Below are positions 13,100 to 24,650 of a stretch of 64,000 bases of DNA, piece after piece. This DNA comes from Mobula hypostoma (Eukaryota), in NCBI RefSeq assembly GCF_963921235.1, contig NC_086097.1, positions 213,654,001 through 213,718,000 of the forward strand, written 5' to 3'. Numbering within the stretch: position 1 is the stretch's first letter; the number at the start of each line of letters is the position of its first letter. Position numbers and translations under genes: made by a program. Below the pieces are notes generated by a model. That model ran no database searches. It was given only the letters and a program-made list of their open reading frames with translations, and was not told the DNA's origin.

Positions 13100-14480
13100 A
13101 GTTCGAAATAAATTTATCAAAGTACATATTTGTCACCATATGCTTCTCTGAGATTCATTTTCTTGTAGACATTCACAGTAAGTACAAAGAAACACAATGA
13201 GAAACTGTACACGAGGCAAACAACCAACGTGCAAAAGACAACAGACTGTACAGATACAAAAAAGAAAAAAACACAAACAAATTAATAATACATAAATAAA
13301 CAATAAATATCAAGAATATCAGATGAAGAGCCCATGAGAGTGAGTTTTAGGAACTGTCAGTGATGGAGTGAGTGAAGTTATCCCCTCTGGTTCAGCCTGA
13401 TGGTTGAGGGCTAATAAGTGTTCCTGAACCTGGTGATGTAGGTCCTGAGTCTCCTGTACCTCCTTCCTGATGGCGGCCATGAGAAGAGAGCATGGCCTGG
13501 ATGCTGGGGGCCCATAATGTTGGATGTAGCTTTCCTGTGACAGAGCTCCTTGTAGATATCTTCAGTGGTGGTGGTGGTGGGGGGGCTTTACAATGATAAA
13601 CTGGACCATGTGCACTACCTCTTGTAGGATTTTCTGTTCAAGGGCATTGGTGTTTTTATACCAGACCGTGATGTGACCAGTCAGTATATTGTGTGCACCC
13701 GTAGAAATTTGTCAAGTTTGTTTTAAATGACATGTTAAATCTTTGCAAACTTCTAAGAAAGTAAAGGCGCTACCATGTCTTCTTTGTAATGGCACTTAAG
13801 TGCTGGGTCAGGACAGATCCTCTGAAACGGCAATGCTGAGGAATTTGAAGTTGCTGTTCCCCTTCATCTCTGCTCCCCTGATGATGACTGGCTCATGGAC
13901 TGCTGGTTTCCTCCTCGTGTAGTCCATAATCAGTTCTTTGGTTTTGCTGACAGTAAGTGAGAGGTTATTGTTTTCAATCTCCCCTCTATATACTGATTTG
14001 TCACCGAACTTGATTTGGCCAACAACAGTGATGACATCAACAAACTTAAATATGATATTACAGCTGTGCTTAGCCTCAAGTCTAAATTATAAAATGGGTA
14101 GAGCAGGAAGCCAAGCACATAGCCTTGTGGTGTGCCAGTGCTGATCGCGATTATGAAGCAGATATTGTTGTCAATATGAGCTGACTAGGGTCTGTAAGTG
14201 AGGAAATCGAGGATCCAGTTGCACAAAGAGGTATTCAGGTCTAGGTATTAGAGTTTCTTGATTAGTTTTGAGGGGAAGATTGTTCTGAATGCAGAGCTGT
14301 TGTCAATGAAGAGCATCCTCACCATCCAGATGTTTCTGGGTTGGGTGAAGAGCCAAAGAAATGGCATCTGCAGTTGACCAGTTGGGTGAGTAGGCAAATT
14401 GGAGTGGATCCAAGTCACTCCTCATGTAGGAGTTGATATATTTCTTCACCAGCTTCTCAAAGCACTTCATCACAGTACTG
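13100..14480 (-). mobile_element. Rex1/Babar LINE, 5'-truncated (RT to 3' tail)
   Basis: Minus strand encodes degenerate TVMKCFEKLV, DLDPLQFAY and KFGDK; 3' UTR matches the other Rex tails in the window. Confidence 0.85.
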
Positions 14481-14499
14481 GATAATGTAAGTATTGTAA

Positions 14500-14910
14500 G
14501 TGCTTCTTACTGCTGCCTTCAGGAAGGAGGTACAGGAGCCTCAGGTCTCACACCACCAGGTTCATGGTTTAGGAACACTTATAACCCCTCAAACATCAGG
14601 CTCTTGAAACTGAGGGGAAAACTTCACTCAGCTTTGCTCATACCAATCCTGAAATGATTCCACAACCGATGGACTCATGTTCTTGATATTTATTGCTTAT
14701 GTTTTTATTATTACTATTTTGTTTTTTTTTGTTTTTGCGGAGTTTGTTGTCTTTTGCAGATTGGATGTTTGTCCATCATTGTGTGCGTTTTTTTCATTGA
14801 TTCTATTGTGTTTCTTTGTATTTACCATAAATGCCCACAAGAAAATGAATCTCAGGGTAGTATACGGTGACGGATATGTACTTTGATGACTTTACTTGAC
14901 CTTTGAACTT
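14500..14910 (+). mobile_element. Rex1/Babar 3' end
   Basis: LPSGRRYRSLRSHTTRF-type C-terminus; tail ends actttgatgactttacttgacctttgaacttt. Confidence 0.85.
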
Positions 14911-15577
14911 TGGTTCCTCTGTACTACCTCTTTAGTCAAGAAAGCACATCAGTGTCTCCACTTCCTGAGGAGATTGAGGTGAGCAAGACTCCACCCCCAT
15001 CCCAATTTTTTTTACAAGAGCCCATTGAGATTGTCCTGATCAGCTGCATTACTGTCTGGTACGTGAATTGCAAGCTGTGAGGATCCTATCTCTCTTCCAC
15101 CCATTGAAGATACTTATCAGAAATGCTGTGGACACAGGGCCCTTAGCATTTTCAATGATCCCTCCCATCCGTCCAACAATCTCCTTGACCCCTTACATCA
15201 GGCAGGAGGTGCCATAGCATTAGTACAAGGGCTGTTAGGATGGAAAATGGCTTCTTCCCCCAGCCCATGGACTAGTGAACTCCCTGCCACCCCCTCACCA
15301 TGTATGAAGCACCAGCAGCGATATACTGTTCACTTTTTAACTTGTGTCGTAAATGCATGTTGTGTGTCAGTCATAGGTATAGTGTTGTGTACCTTAGTTC
15401 GGAGGACCTTGTTTCGTTTGGCTGTATACATGTGTATAATTGGAGAGCAATAAACTTGAGCTCGAACTTAAACATTTTAACACTTTACCTAACAAAGGAC
15501 TTTCAATCTTGCTCTTGTACATTTCATCAATTACAATCTTTCCAGATTTCCACGAAACTTTATGTAACAAATATGCT

Positions 15578-15772
15578 GGTCAACACACACACACACACAA
15601 TGCTGGAGGAGCACAGTAGGTCAGGTTTCATCTATAGAAAGGAATAAACCATTGATGTTTCAGCTGAGACCCTTCATCAGTCCTGATGCTGCCTGACCTG
15701 CCGAGTTCCTCCAGCATTTTGTGTGAGTTGCTCTGGATTTCCAGCATCTGCTGACTTTCTTGTATTCATGAT
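15578..15772. mobile_element. Fold-back (inverted) PLE-derived HHR element
   Basis: 9-bp TSD AAATATGCT at 15569-15577 and 15773-15781; left arm is a minus pLTR copy with CUGAUGA...GAAAC-AUC; right arm is a plus copy. Confidence 0.8.
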
Positions 15773-16825
15773 AAATATGCTTAATTTCCTTTTTTCTTGT
15801 CTTTCTTTGAGATACACTGTTCTTTTATTTTAAGGTTAGATTATTATGAGATCAAGTCAAGGTCAGTACTCTTTTGAATAATGAATCTTCTTTTATTTAA
15901 ACCATTCTACAAAATTTGCATTTGGACCTTTGTGAATCCATTTGTAAAATCTTTGCTTGGTAGTTTCCTGTGCATAATAGGAATTGTATCCTCTTCATGA
16001 TCTCATTATTCCCTTGTGCCTTGTCCAAACTGATGTTGAAGAACATTGAGCCGTCCAGTTTTGCACAAATCTATTGCCCACTGAAGTTTAGTGTGCGTAG
16101 TTATACCATTTGTGTTTGTTGTTCTGTGTCATTCACTGATGCGCTCTACTGTATTCCACTGAGCATTTCGTATCACTCAGTGAGCACTTGTCCTGCTGCT
16201 GGAAGAATAAATCCATTGTTGAACAGCAGATCTGAGTCTTGGAATCTAATTAACAACTAGTGCTCTGGAAAATAAGCTCAAGTGTGGTGCCAGCATTGAA
16301 ATGAATAAGAAAAATAAAATCTGCCTCAAATGAGTGGTGTAAGTGCTGGATTTAAGGAAAAAAACGTACTAGTTTGTGACGTTTGTTAGTATTCTCTGTG
16401 CCTGTGTGCACAATGTGGACTATGCCCATTTCCATTCCATAATGGACTAGGAAGCCATTGGCATTTCAAAAATTTAAATCAAAAAGTAAGCTAACATTCA
16501 GTAGACTTCTGAAGGGATTGGGCAATGAAAAAAAAAGCAACTACATCGATCTGGTGGAGAGGTGAGAAAGAACTGGATCTTTTCAACAGCTGGCAAATAA
16601 GTGAGGCCAAAAATTTAAATCTTGACATAATCTTTTTAAAAATCAATACATGCAGTAGCTCAAGTCAAGATTAAATCATCAAGTTCACAGATGCAAATTC
16701 CAATCAAGTCTGTGGCAGAAAGCAAGTGCACTAGCACATGATTACCATACACATATTAGAAATACAACCAGTAAGCAAAAACTTAAGGAAATAGGCGTAA
16801 GGTTAGTGGACCAATATATTTGGGG

Positions 16826-16965
16826 ATCAACATCTATGGAAAAGAGTACAGCTTACGTTTCGGGCTGAGACCCTTCAGCAGGATTGAAGGGTCTCAGCCC
16901 AAAATGTCGACTGTAGTCTTTTCCGTAGAGGCTCCCTGGCCTGCTGAGTTCCTCCAGCATTTGAT
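16826..16965. mobile_element. Short fold-back PLE-derived HHR element
   Basis: GGGCTGAGACCCTTCA (16862-16877) and TGAAGGGTCTCAGCCC (16885-16900) are exact inverted repeats, with imperfect pairing extending outward. Confidence 0.8.
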
Positions 16966-17157
16966 GCCTGTTCATAGAAAACAGAAAACATACAGCACAA
17001 TAAGGGCCCTTTGGCCCACAAAGCTGTGCCGAACATGTCCCCACCTGAGAATTACCTAGGCTTTACCACAAAATAATCTGCAGATGCTGGGGTCAAAGCA
17101 ACACTCACAACATGCTGGAGGAACTCAGCAGGTCGGGCAGTATCCGTAGAAATGAAC

Positions 17158-17193
17158 AGTCAACGTTTTGGGCCGGATCCCTTCGTCAGGACT
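17158..17193 (-). ncRNA. Minimal hammerhead ribozyme motif with mutated GAAA
   Basis: Reads AGUC-CUGACGA-AGGG-AUCCGG-CCC-AAAAC-GUU-GACU; GAAA changed to AAAA at a CpG. Confidence 0.7.
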
Positions 17194-17458
17194 AAAGAGG
17201 GAAGGGACAGAGGCCCCATAAAGAAGGTAGGGGGAGGATGGGAAGGAGAAGGCTGGTAGGTTCCAGGTGAAAAACCAGTAAGGGGAAAGATAAAGGAGTG
17301 GGGGAAGGGAGACAGGGAGGTGATAGGCAGGAAAGCTGAAGAAGGAATAGGGGAAAACACAATGGGTGGTAGAAGGAGGTGGAACCATGAGGGAGGTGAT
17401 AGGCAGCTAAGGGAGGGGGCAGAGTGACATAGGGATAGGGGAAGGGAGGGGGAGGGAA

Positions 17459-18245
17459 TTACAGGAAGCTAGAGAATTCTATGTTCATACCAAGGGGCTG
17501 GAGACTACCTAGACGGTATATGAGATGTTGCTCCTCCAACCTGAGTTTAGCCTCATCATGGCAGTAGAGGAGGCCACGTATGGACTTATCTGAATGGGAA
17601 TGGGAAGCAGAGTTGAAGTGGGTGGCTACTGGGAGATCCTGTCTGTTTTGGCAGACGGAGCGGAGGTGCTCGATGAAGCAGTCCCCCAATCTGCGTCGGG
17701 TTTCACTGATGTAGAGGAGGCCGCACTGGGAACTCCGGATGCAATAGATGACCCCAACAGACTCACAAGTGAAGTGTTGCCTCACCTGGAAGTTCTCTTT
17801 GGGGCCCTGAATGGTAGCAAGAGAGGAGGTGTAGGGACAGGTGTGAGGTGTAGCACTTGCGCTTACAGGGATGAGTGCCAGGTGGGAGATCCATGGGGAG
17901 GGACTGATCCCTGCGGAAGGCGGCGAGGGGTGGAGAAGGAAAGATATGCTTAGTGGTGGGGTCCTGTTGAAAGTGGCGGAAGTTGCGGAGGATAATGTGC
18001 TGGATCTGGAGGCTGGTGGGGTGGTAGGTGAGGACAAGGGGAACTCTGTCCCTGTTGTGGTGGTGGGAGGATGGGGTGAGAGCCGAAGTGCGGGAAATGG
18101 AGGAGATGTGGGTGAGGGCATCATTGATGACAGCAGAAGGGAAACCACGATCCTTAAAGAAAGAGGACATTTGAGATGTCCTGGAACGGAAAACCTCATC
18201 CTCGGAGCAGATGTGGCGGAGACGGAGGAACTGGGAATAGGGAAT
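17459..18245 (-). pseudogene. PLE ORF fragment with GIY-YIG endonuclease (frameshifted)
   Basis: Overlapping ORFs 17763-18257 and 17459-18199 together give the PLE RT C-terminus followed by the VIY...LYI(S)ET...R...EH motif. Confidence 0.88.
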
Positions 18246-18682
18246 GGCTTTACCCATAGCCCTCTATTTTTCTGAGCTCCATGTACCCATCCAGGAATCT
18301 CTTAAAAGACCCTATCATTTCCACCTCCACCGCCGCCGCCGGCAGCCCATTCCACGCACTCACCACTCTCTGCGTAAGAAACTTACCCCTGATGTCTCCC
18401 CTGTACCTACTCCCCAGCACCTTAAAACTATGCCCTCTTGTGCTAGCCATTTCAGCCCTGGGGAAAAGCCTCTGACTATCCAACGATCAATGTCTCTCAT
18501 TATCTTATACACCTCTATCAAGTTGCCTCACATCCTCTGTCGCTCCAAGGAGAAAAGGCCTCCCCCTCCCTTCCCCTATCCTTATGTCACTCAGCCCCCT
18601 CCCCCAGCTGTCTACCACCTTTCTCATAAGGCATGCTCCCCAATCCACGCAACATCCTCGTAGATCTCCTCTGCACCCTTTC

Positions 18683-19268
18683 TAAGAAGGGTCAGAGCCG
18701 TCTCTATTTCCTGAGGAGACTGAGGTCCTTTAACATCTGCCGGACGATGCTGAAGATGTTCTACGAGTCTGTGGTGGCCAGTGCTATCATGTTTGCTGTT
18801 GTGTGCTGGAGCAGTAGGCTGAGGGTAGCAGACACCAACAGAATCAACAAACTCATTCGTAAGGCCAGTGATGTTGTGGGGATGGAACTGGACTCTCTGA
18901 CGGTGGTGTCTGAAAAGAGGATGCTGTCTAAGTTGCATGCCATCTTGGTCAATGTCTCCCATCCACTACATAATGTACTGGGTGGGCAGAGGAATACATT
19001 CAGCCAGAGACTCATTCCACCGAGATGCAACACAGAGCATCATAGGAAGTCATTCCTGCCTGTGGCCATCAAACTTTACAACTCCTCCCTTGGAGAGTCA
19101 GACACCCTGAGCCGATAGGCTGGTCCTGGACTTACTTCATAATTTACTGGCATAATTTACATATTACTATTTAACTATTTATAGTTCTATTACTATTTAT
19201 TATTTATGGTGCAACTGTAATGAAAATCAATTTCCCCCGGGATCAATAAAGTATGACTAACTAACTAT
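18683..19268 (+). mobile_element. Rex1/Babar 3' fragment inserted in CR1
   Basis: KKGQSRLYFLRRLRSFNICRTMLKMFYESVVAS...SFLPVAIKLYN; tail aataaagtatgactaactaacta. Confidence 0.9.
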
Positions 19269-19560
19269 GGTTTCCACGTCCTTCCTATAGTGAGGCGACC
19301 GGAACTGAGCACAGTACTCCAAGTGGAGTCTGACCAGGGTCCTATATAGCTGCAACATTCTGGTTCCTTCTCATCTCTGTTCTAAATGGATGTTCCTCTA
19401 TTCTAAGTCTGTGTCCTCTGGTCCTACATTCCCCCACCATAGGAAACATCCTCTTCACATCCACTCTATTGAGTCCTTTCAACATTTGATAGGTTTAAAT
19501 AAGTTCCCCCCCTCACTCTTCTGAATTCCAGTGAATACAGACCCAGAGCCATCAGACACT

Positions 19561-21786
19561 TGTCAGCACATCCAGGTGAGCACTCGTGGAGATCGCATAC
19601 TTGACCACCGTTACACTCCCTTCCGCAATGCTTACAAAGCTATCCTTCGCCCAGCTTCTGGAAAATCAAATCACTCTTTGATCCTGCTTTTGCCGATATA
19701 GAGGCAGAAGTTGAAGCAAGAGGCGGCCATAGATAAATCCGCCCACTGCTGGTCCAACCAATCGGCCTCCATGCTGCAGGTCTGCTTTGATGATGTCGAC
19801 TGGAATGTCTTCCCTGATGAGAATGTCTCCGAGTTCACTGATGGAATCACGTGCTTCGTCTGGAAGTGCATTGACGATGTCGTCTCCCAGAAATCGGTCA
19901 GGGTCTTCCCGAACCAGAAACCCTGGATCAATAGTTCCGTGCGAGCAGAACTTACAGTGCGACATCGAGCTTACATCACTGGCGGTCAGCTAGAGCTCAA
20001 GAAAAGCAGCTATGATCTGCGCAAAGCTACCAAGGCTGTGAAACAACAATATAGGGACAAGATTGAGTCAAGATCCACAACAAATAGCACACATGGCTTG
20101 TGGTGAGGGTTGCATACTATCACAGACTTCAAAGCCAAACGTTGTGGTGCTGCCAACATCGCAGCCTCTCTCCCAGATGAGCTCAATCGCTTTTACGCTG
20201 GGTTCGATGTCGCTAACTCTGAGCCTCCGAGGAAAGCCACCGCTACAACTTGCAACCTGGTCATCTCTGAGACTGAGGTATGCAGAGATTTCCAACAAGT
20301 GGACAGTCGCAAGGCTGCAGGACCAGACGGCATCCCAGGGCGAGTACTCAGGATATGCGCAACTGGCAGGTGTGTTTACAGACATTTTTAATCTCTCCAT
20401 CTCCCAGTGTAGAGTGCCCTCCTGCTACAAGTTATCCACCATTATCCCTGTACCAAAAAAAGACCAGGGTAACATGTCTGAATGACTGGCATCCTGTCAC
20501 ACTCACCTCAATAATAAGCAAATGCTTTGAGAGGCTGGTCAAGGATTACATCTGCAGCTTGCTACCACCCACACTGGACCCCCTACAATTCACCTACCGA
20601 CACAACTGATTGACAGACAATGTAGTAGCCACCGCTCTACATACCGTCCTTACACATCTCGAGAAGAAGGATGCTTATGTGAGAATGCTGTTCTTGGACT
20701 ACAGTTCAGTATTCAACACCATAGTTCCATCCGGGCTTGTCAAGAAGTTCAGAGACCTCGGCCTTGACCCTGCCTTGTGCAGCTTGATCCTGGACTTCCT
20801 GTCAGATCGCCAGCAGTTGGCAAGGGTGGTCTGTCTCACCTCCACCCCTCTGACTCTCAATACAGGAGCCCCTCAGGGCTGCGTACTGAGTCCCCTCAAT
20901 TACTCCCTGTATGCTCATGACTGTATCACCACCCACAGCTCCAATCTGCTAATTAAATTTGCCAACGAACTACAAATTTTAAGATAAGGCCAATCAATAA
21001 TGAGGTGGCCTACAGGGAAGAAGTCATCTCTCTGACACAGTGGTGTCAAGAAAACAACCTCTCCCTCAATGTCACAAAAACAAAGCAGCTGGCTATGGAT
21101 TACAGGAGGAATGGAGATGGGCTAACCCCTATTGACGACAATGGATCTGGGGTTGAGAGGGTAAACAGCTTTAAGTTCCTCGGCATCCACATCACCGAAG
21201 ATCCCACATGGTCTGCACACGCCAGTTGTGCGGTGAAAAAGGCACAACAGCGCCTCTTTCACCTCAGACAGTTGAGGAAATTTGGTATGAGCCCCCAAAT
21301 CCAAAGAACTTTCTACAGGGGCACAATTGAGAGCATCCTGACTGGCTGCATCACGGCCTGGTATGGGAACTGTACTTCCCTTAATCGCAGGACTCTGCAG
21401 AGAGTGGTGCGGACAGCCCAGCCCATCTGTAGTGGTGAACTTCCCATGATTCAGGACATTTACAAGGACAGGTGTGTAAAAAGGGCCAGTAGGATCATTG
21501 GGGACCCGTCACCCCAACCACAATCTATTCCAGCTTCTACCATCCAGGAAACGGTACCACATCATAAAAGCCAGGACCAACAGGCTCCAGGACAGCTTCT
21601 TCCACCAGGCCATCAGACTGATTAACTCACGCTGATTTGAGTGTACCCTATATTGCATTGACTGTTCTATTTATTATAAATTATTATGATTGCACTTTGC
21701 ACATTTAGATGGAGACGTAGCGTAAAGATTTTTACTCCTCATGTATGTGAAGGATGTTAGAAATGAAGTCAATTCAAATTCAGATT
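19561..21786 (+). mobile_element. Rex1/Babar LINE ORF (APE C-terminus, RT, 3' tail), frameshifted
   Basis: [70 protein letters not shown]; tail caattcaaattcagattc. Confidence 0.93.
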
Positions 21787-23281
21787 CACTCCTCATATGA
21801 TAAGCCTTACAGTCCCGGAATCATTTTCCTGACCCTCCTTTGAACGGTCTCCCTCTCAGCACATCCTTTCTTAGATAAGAGGCCCAAAACTGCTCAAAAT
21901 TGAGGCCATACCAGCGCCTTAGAAAGGATTAACAGAACATCCATGCTGTTATATTCCAGTCCTCTTGAAATTAATGCTAACATTGCATTTTCCTTCCTCA
22001 CCATCAAATCCACCTGAAAATAAACCTTTAGGGAATCCTGCATGAAGAATTCCAAGTCTCTTTGTACCTCAGATTTTTGAATTTTTACTCCATTTAAAAA
22101 GTAGTCTATGCTTTTATTTCTTCTACCAAAGAGCATGACCATACACATCCCGACATTGTATTCCACCTGGCACTACTTTACCCATTCTCATAACCTGTCT
22201 TTTTGCATCCTCTCTGCTTCTTCAACATTACTTGCCTCTCCACCATCATCCACAAACTTGGCCACAAAGGCATTAATTCTGTCGTCCAAATCGTTGACAT
22301 GTAACCTAAAAAGAAATAGTTCCAACACAGTCCCCTGTGGAACACCACTAGTTACCAGCAGCCAGCCTGAAGGGCTCCCTTTATTCCCACTCTTTATCTC
22401 CTGCCAATCAGCCAGTGCTGTTCTGTTTTTATTCCTGATAGTGGCCCCTTCCAATACACTTTGGCCAGCTCCGCTCTCATACCTTCTCTGAAATTCCCTT
22501 CACTCCACTGTAATATTGATACATTTGACTTCAGATTCTCCCTCTCAAATTGCAGGGTGAATTCTATCATAATATGATCACAGTCCCTGAATGATTCCTT
22601 GACCTTAAGTTCCTTTCACTTAATCAACTCCAGTTTCTTGCACAACTCCCCAGTCCTGAATTGCTGATTCCCTGATGGGCTCAACCACAGCTGCTCCAAG
22701 AAGCCATCCCACAAATTCCTCTTCTTGGGATCCTGCACCAACTTGATTTTCCCAATTGACCTGCATATTGATATCCCCCATATCTATCATAACATTGCCC
22801 TTTTGACATGTATTTTCTATCTCCTACTGTAATTTGTAGCCCATATCTTGGTCAGAGGTCTGTATATAACTCCCATCAGGGTCTTTATAATCTTGCAGTT
22901 TCTTAGCTCTACCCACAATGATTCCGCACCTTCCAATTCTATGTCACCTCTTTCTAATGATTTGATTTCACTTTTTACCAACAAAGCCAGCTCAACCCTT
23001 TCTCCATTCCTGACTGTCCTTTCAATACAATGTGTATCATTGGATGTCGAGCACCCAGCTGTAATCTTCTTTCAGCCACAATTCAGTGATGACTACAACG
23101 TCATACATGCCAGTCTGTAACTGCGCTTATTCCAGATAACTGCATGCAATCAGAAGAGATCCCAATGATCCAGAAGTCTGAACCCCTGCCCCTGCACAGT
23201 TCCTCAGCCATGTACTTATCTGCCAAAAGCTCCTATTCTTACCCTCACTGGCGTGAATCACAGGCAGTAATCCAAGGATTA

Positions 23282-24018
23282 CTACCATGGAGGTCCTGTT
23301 TTCAGCTTTCTACCTAGCTGTCTAAAATGTTGCTTCATGACCTCGGCACCTTTCCACCCTATGTAATTGGTTCCAGTATGTAGCAAGACTTCTGGCTGCT
23401 CACACTCCCCCTTTAGAATGCCATGGACCCGATCCATGACATCCCTGACCCTGGCACCTGGGAGGCAACATACCATCCAGGTATCTCCACTACACCCACA
23501 GAATCTCATCTCTATTCCTCTGAATCTGGAACCTCCTATTACTATCGCAGTGCTCTTCACCTCTATTCTCTTGTGAGCTGCAGCACGAGACTCAGTGCTG
23601 TGACACCCCCTGATAAGTCATCCTCCTCAACAGTCTTCACAATGTAATAATTAATACTTAGGGGAACAGCCACAGGGTTACTCTGCACTGGCTGTCCATT
23701 TCCATTTCTTTTCATGACAGTCACCCAATTACCTGCCTCCTGCAACCCAGGGGTGACTACCTGCCTGTTGCTCAAATCTAGCACTCTCTCAGTCTCTCGT
23801 ATGAGCCAATGGTCATTGAGCAGTAGCTCCAGTTCCTTAAAGTGTTCTTTGAGGAGCTGCAGCTTGGTGCACATGGTGCAGGTGTGGTTATCCGGGAGGC
23901 TGGAGGTCTCCCAAAATTCCCACATTTCACACAAAGAACACAACACAGTCCCGGAGCCATTTTCACTGCAGTAACTGTGTCCTAACAGATGAGGAAGGAA
24001 TAATAATGAAGAAGACAC
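23282..24018 (-). pseudogene. CR1 ORF1 remnant: zinc finger/coiled coil plus SGNH esterase domain
   Basis: CSLCEMWE...CTMCTKLQLLKEHFKELELLL then AIVIGGS (GDS-type block), CLPGARVRDV and LHTGTN (GxN block). Confidence 0.85.
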
Positions 24019-24369
24019 TTACCATATATTTACCTTTCCCAAGCCCGATAAACCAAAGCCAAAGCCTCCCCATGCTAACACTGGCCCACTCCCATGATCG
24101 CCGCTCCACTTGCCTCTGCCTTATCTTTCTTTGTCCTTCTAATGAATCCTATTCACTGATTGGGCACAGTTCAATCTCTGATAACCACCAAAAAATGCTG
24201 CTTTTCAATCGTCAATCGCGGACCTGTGTGAAGTCACCTCTTCTCGCACTCCCGTTCACTAATTGGGCAAAGTTCAAACTAAAGTTGTTACTGATGCTCT
24301 AGAAATTAGGAAGTAACAATCTACATACCCACTTTGGCATGTAACTAACTTTAATAGTGGCCAAACACT

Positions 24370-24482
24370 AAATATGGCAGGAGAATGGCATTGAGAGGGA
24401 TAATAAATCAGCCATGATGGAATGGTGGAGCAGACTGAATGGGCTGAATGGCCTAATTCTGCTCCTACATCATATGGTCTTA
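24370..24482 (+). mobile_element. CR1 3' tail fragment
   Basis: tcagccatgatggaatggtggagcagact...ggcctaattctgctcct...atggtct, as in the other CR1 tails. Confidence 0.8.
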
Positions 24483-24556
24483 ATCCACTTCCTCAAGTGA
24501 TCTTTTTCAGCTTATGCATATGGAAACCCTTTCACCTTACATATATATTGCCTAAT

Positions 24557-24650
24557 AGATAGATAGATAGATAGATAGATATACTTTATTAATCCCGAGG
24601 GAAATTTGGTTTCGTTACAGCCGTATCAACCAAGAATAGAGCGTAAGTAC
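24557..24650 (-). repeat. (AGAT)6 microsatellite forming the tail of a short LINE 3' end
   Basis: agat x6 at 24557-24580 followed by actttattaatcccgagggaaatt, similar to the reverse complement of the Rex tail at ~19230-19255. Confidence 0.75.

Larger units (their letters stand above)
12775..15470 (+). mobile_element. Old Rex1/Babar LINE 3' part, split at ~12964/14911 by younger insertions
   Basis: Degenerate KT-K-MIVDFRK region at 12830-12870; after the gap it resumes with VKKAHQCLHFLRRLR (gtcaagaaagcacatcagtgtctccacttcctgagg). Confidence 0.7.
17068..18245 (-). mobile_element. 5'-truncated Penelope-like retroelement (RT C-terminal region, GIY-YIG endonuclease, pLTR with HHR motif)
   Basis: 9-bp TSD GGCTTTACC at 17059-17067 and 18246-18254; ORFs AIPYSQFLRLRHICS and GVIYCIRSSQCGLLYISETRRRLGD...EHLRSV...LPVATHF...RLEEQHLIYRLGSLQPLGMN. 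Confidence 0.93.
16973..19358 (-). mobile_element. CR1 3' part, interrupted by a PLE, a 62-bp inverted insert and a Rex element
   Basis: Tail catagaaaacagaaaacat; minus ORF DSQRLFPRAEMASTRGHSFKVLG...; CR1 sequence resumes after each insertion. Confidence 0.9.
19359..24290 (-). mobile_element. Near full-length but internally deleted CR1 (5' region, ORF1, APE, RT), split by a Rex insertion
   Basis: Minus ORFs: RT (VTSGVPQGTVL...KFVDD) at 22188-22454 and 21894-22166, APE-region remnants at 22500-23150, ORF1 at 23282-24018. Confidence 0.88.

Noticed and set aside
16146..16190. Hairpin cactgag...ctcagtg as a miRNA precursor
   Set aside because: Only a 7-bp perfect stem; too short and no recognised mature sequence
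18633..19118. 161-aa ORF as a novel protein
   Set aside because: Chimera of antisense CR1 and a Rex C-terminus across an insertion junction
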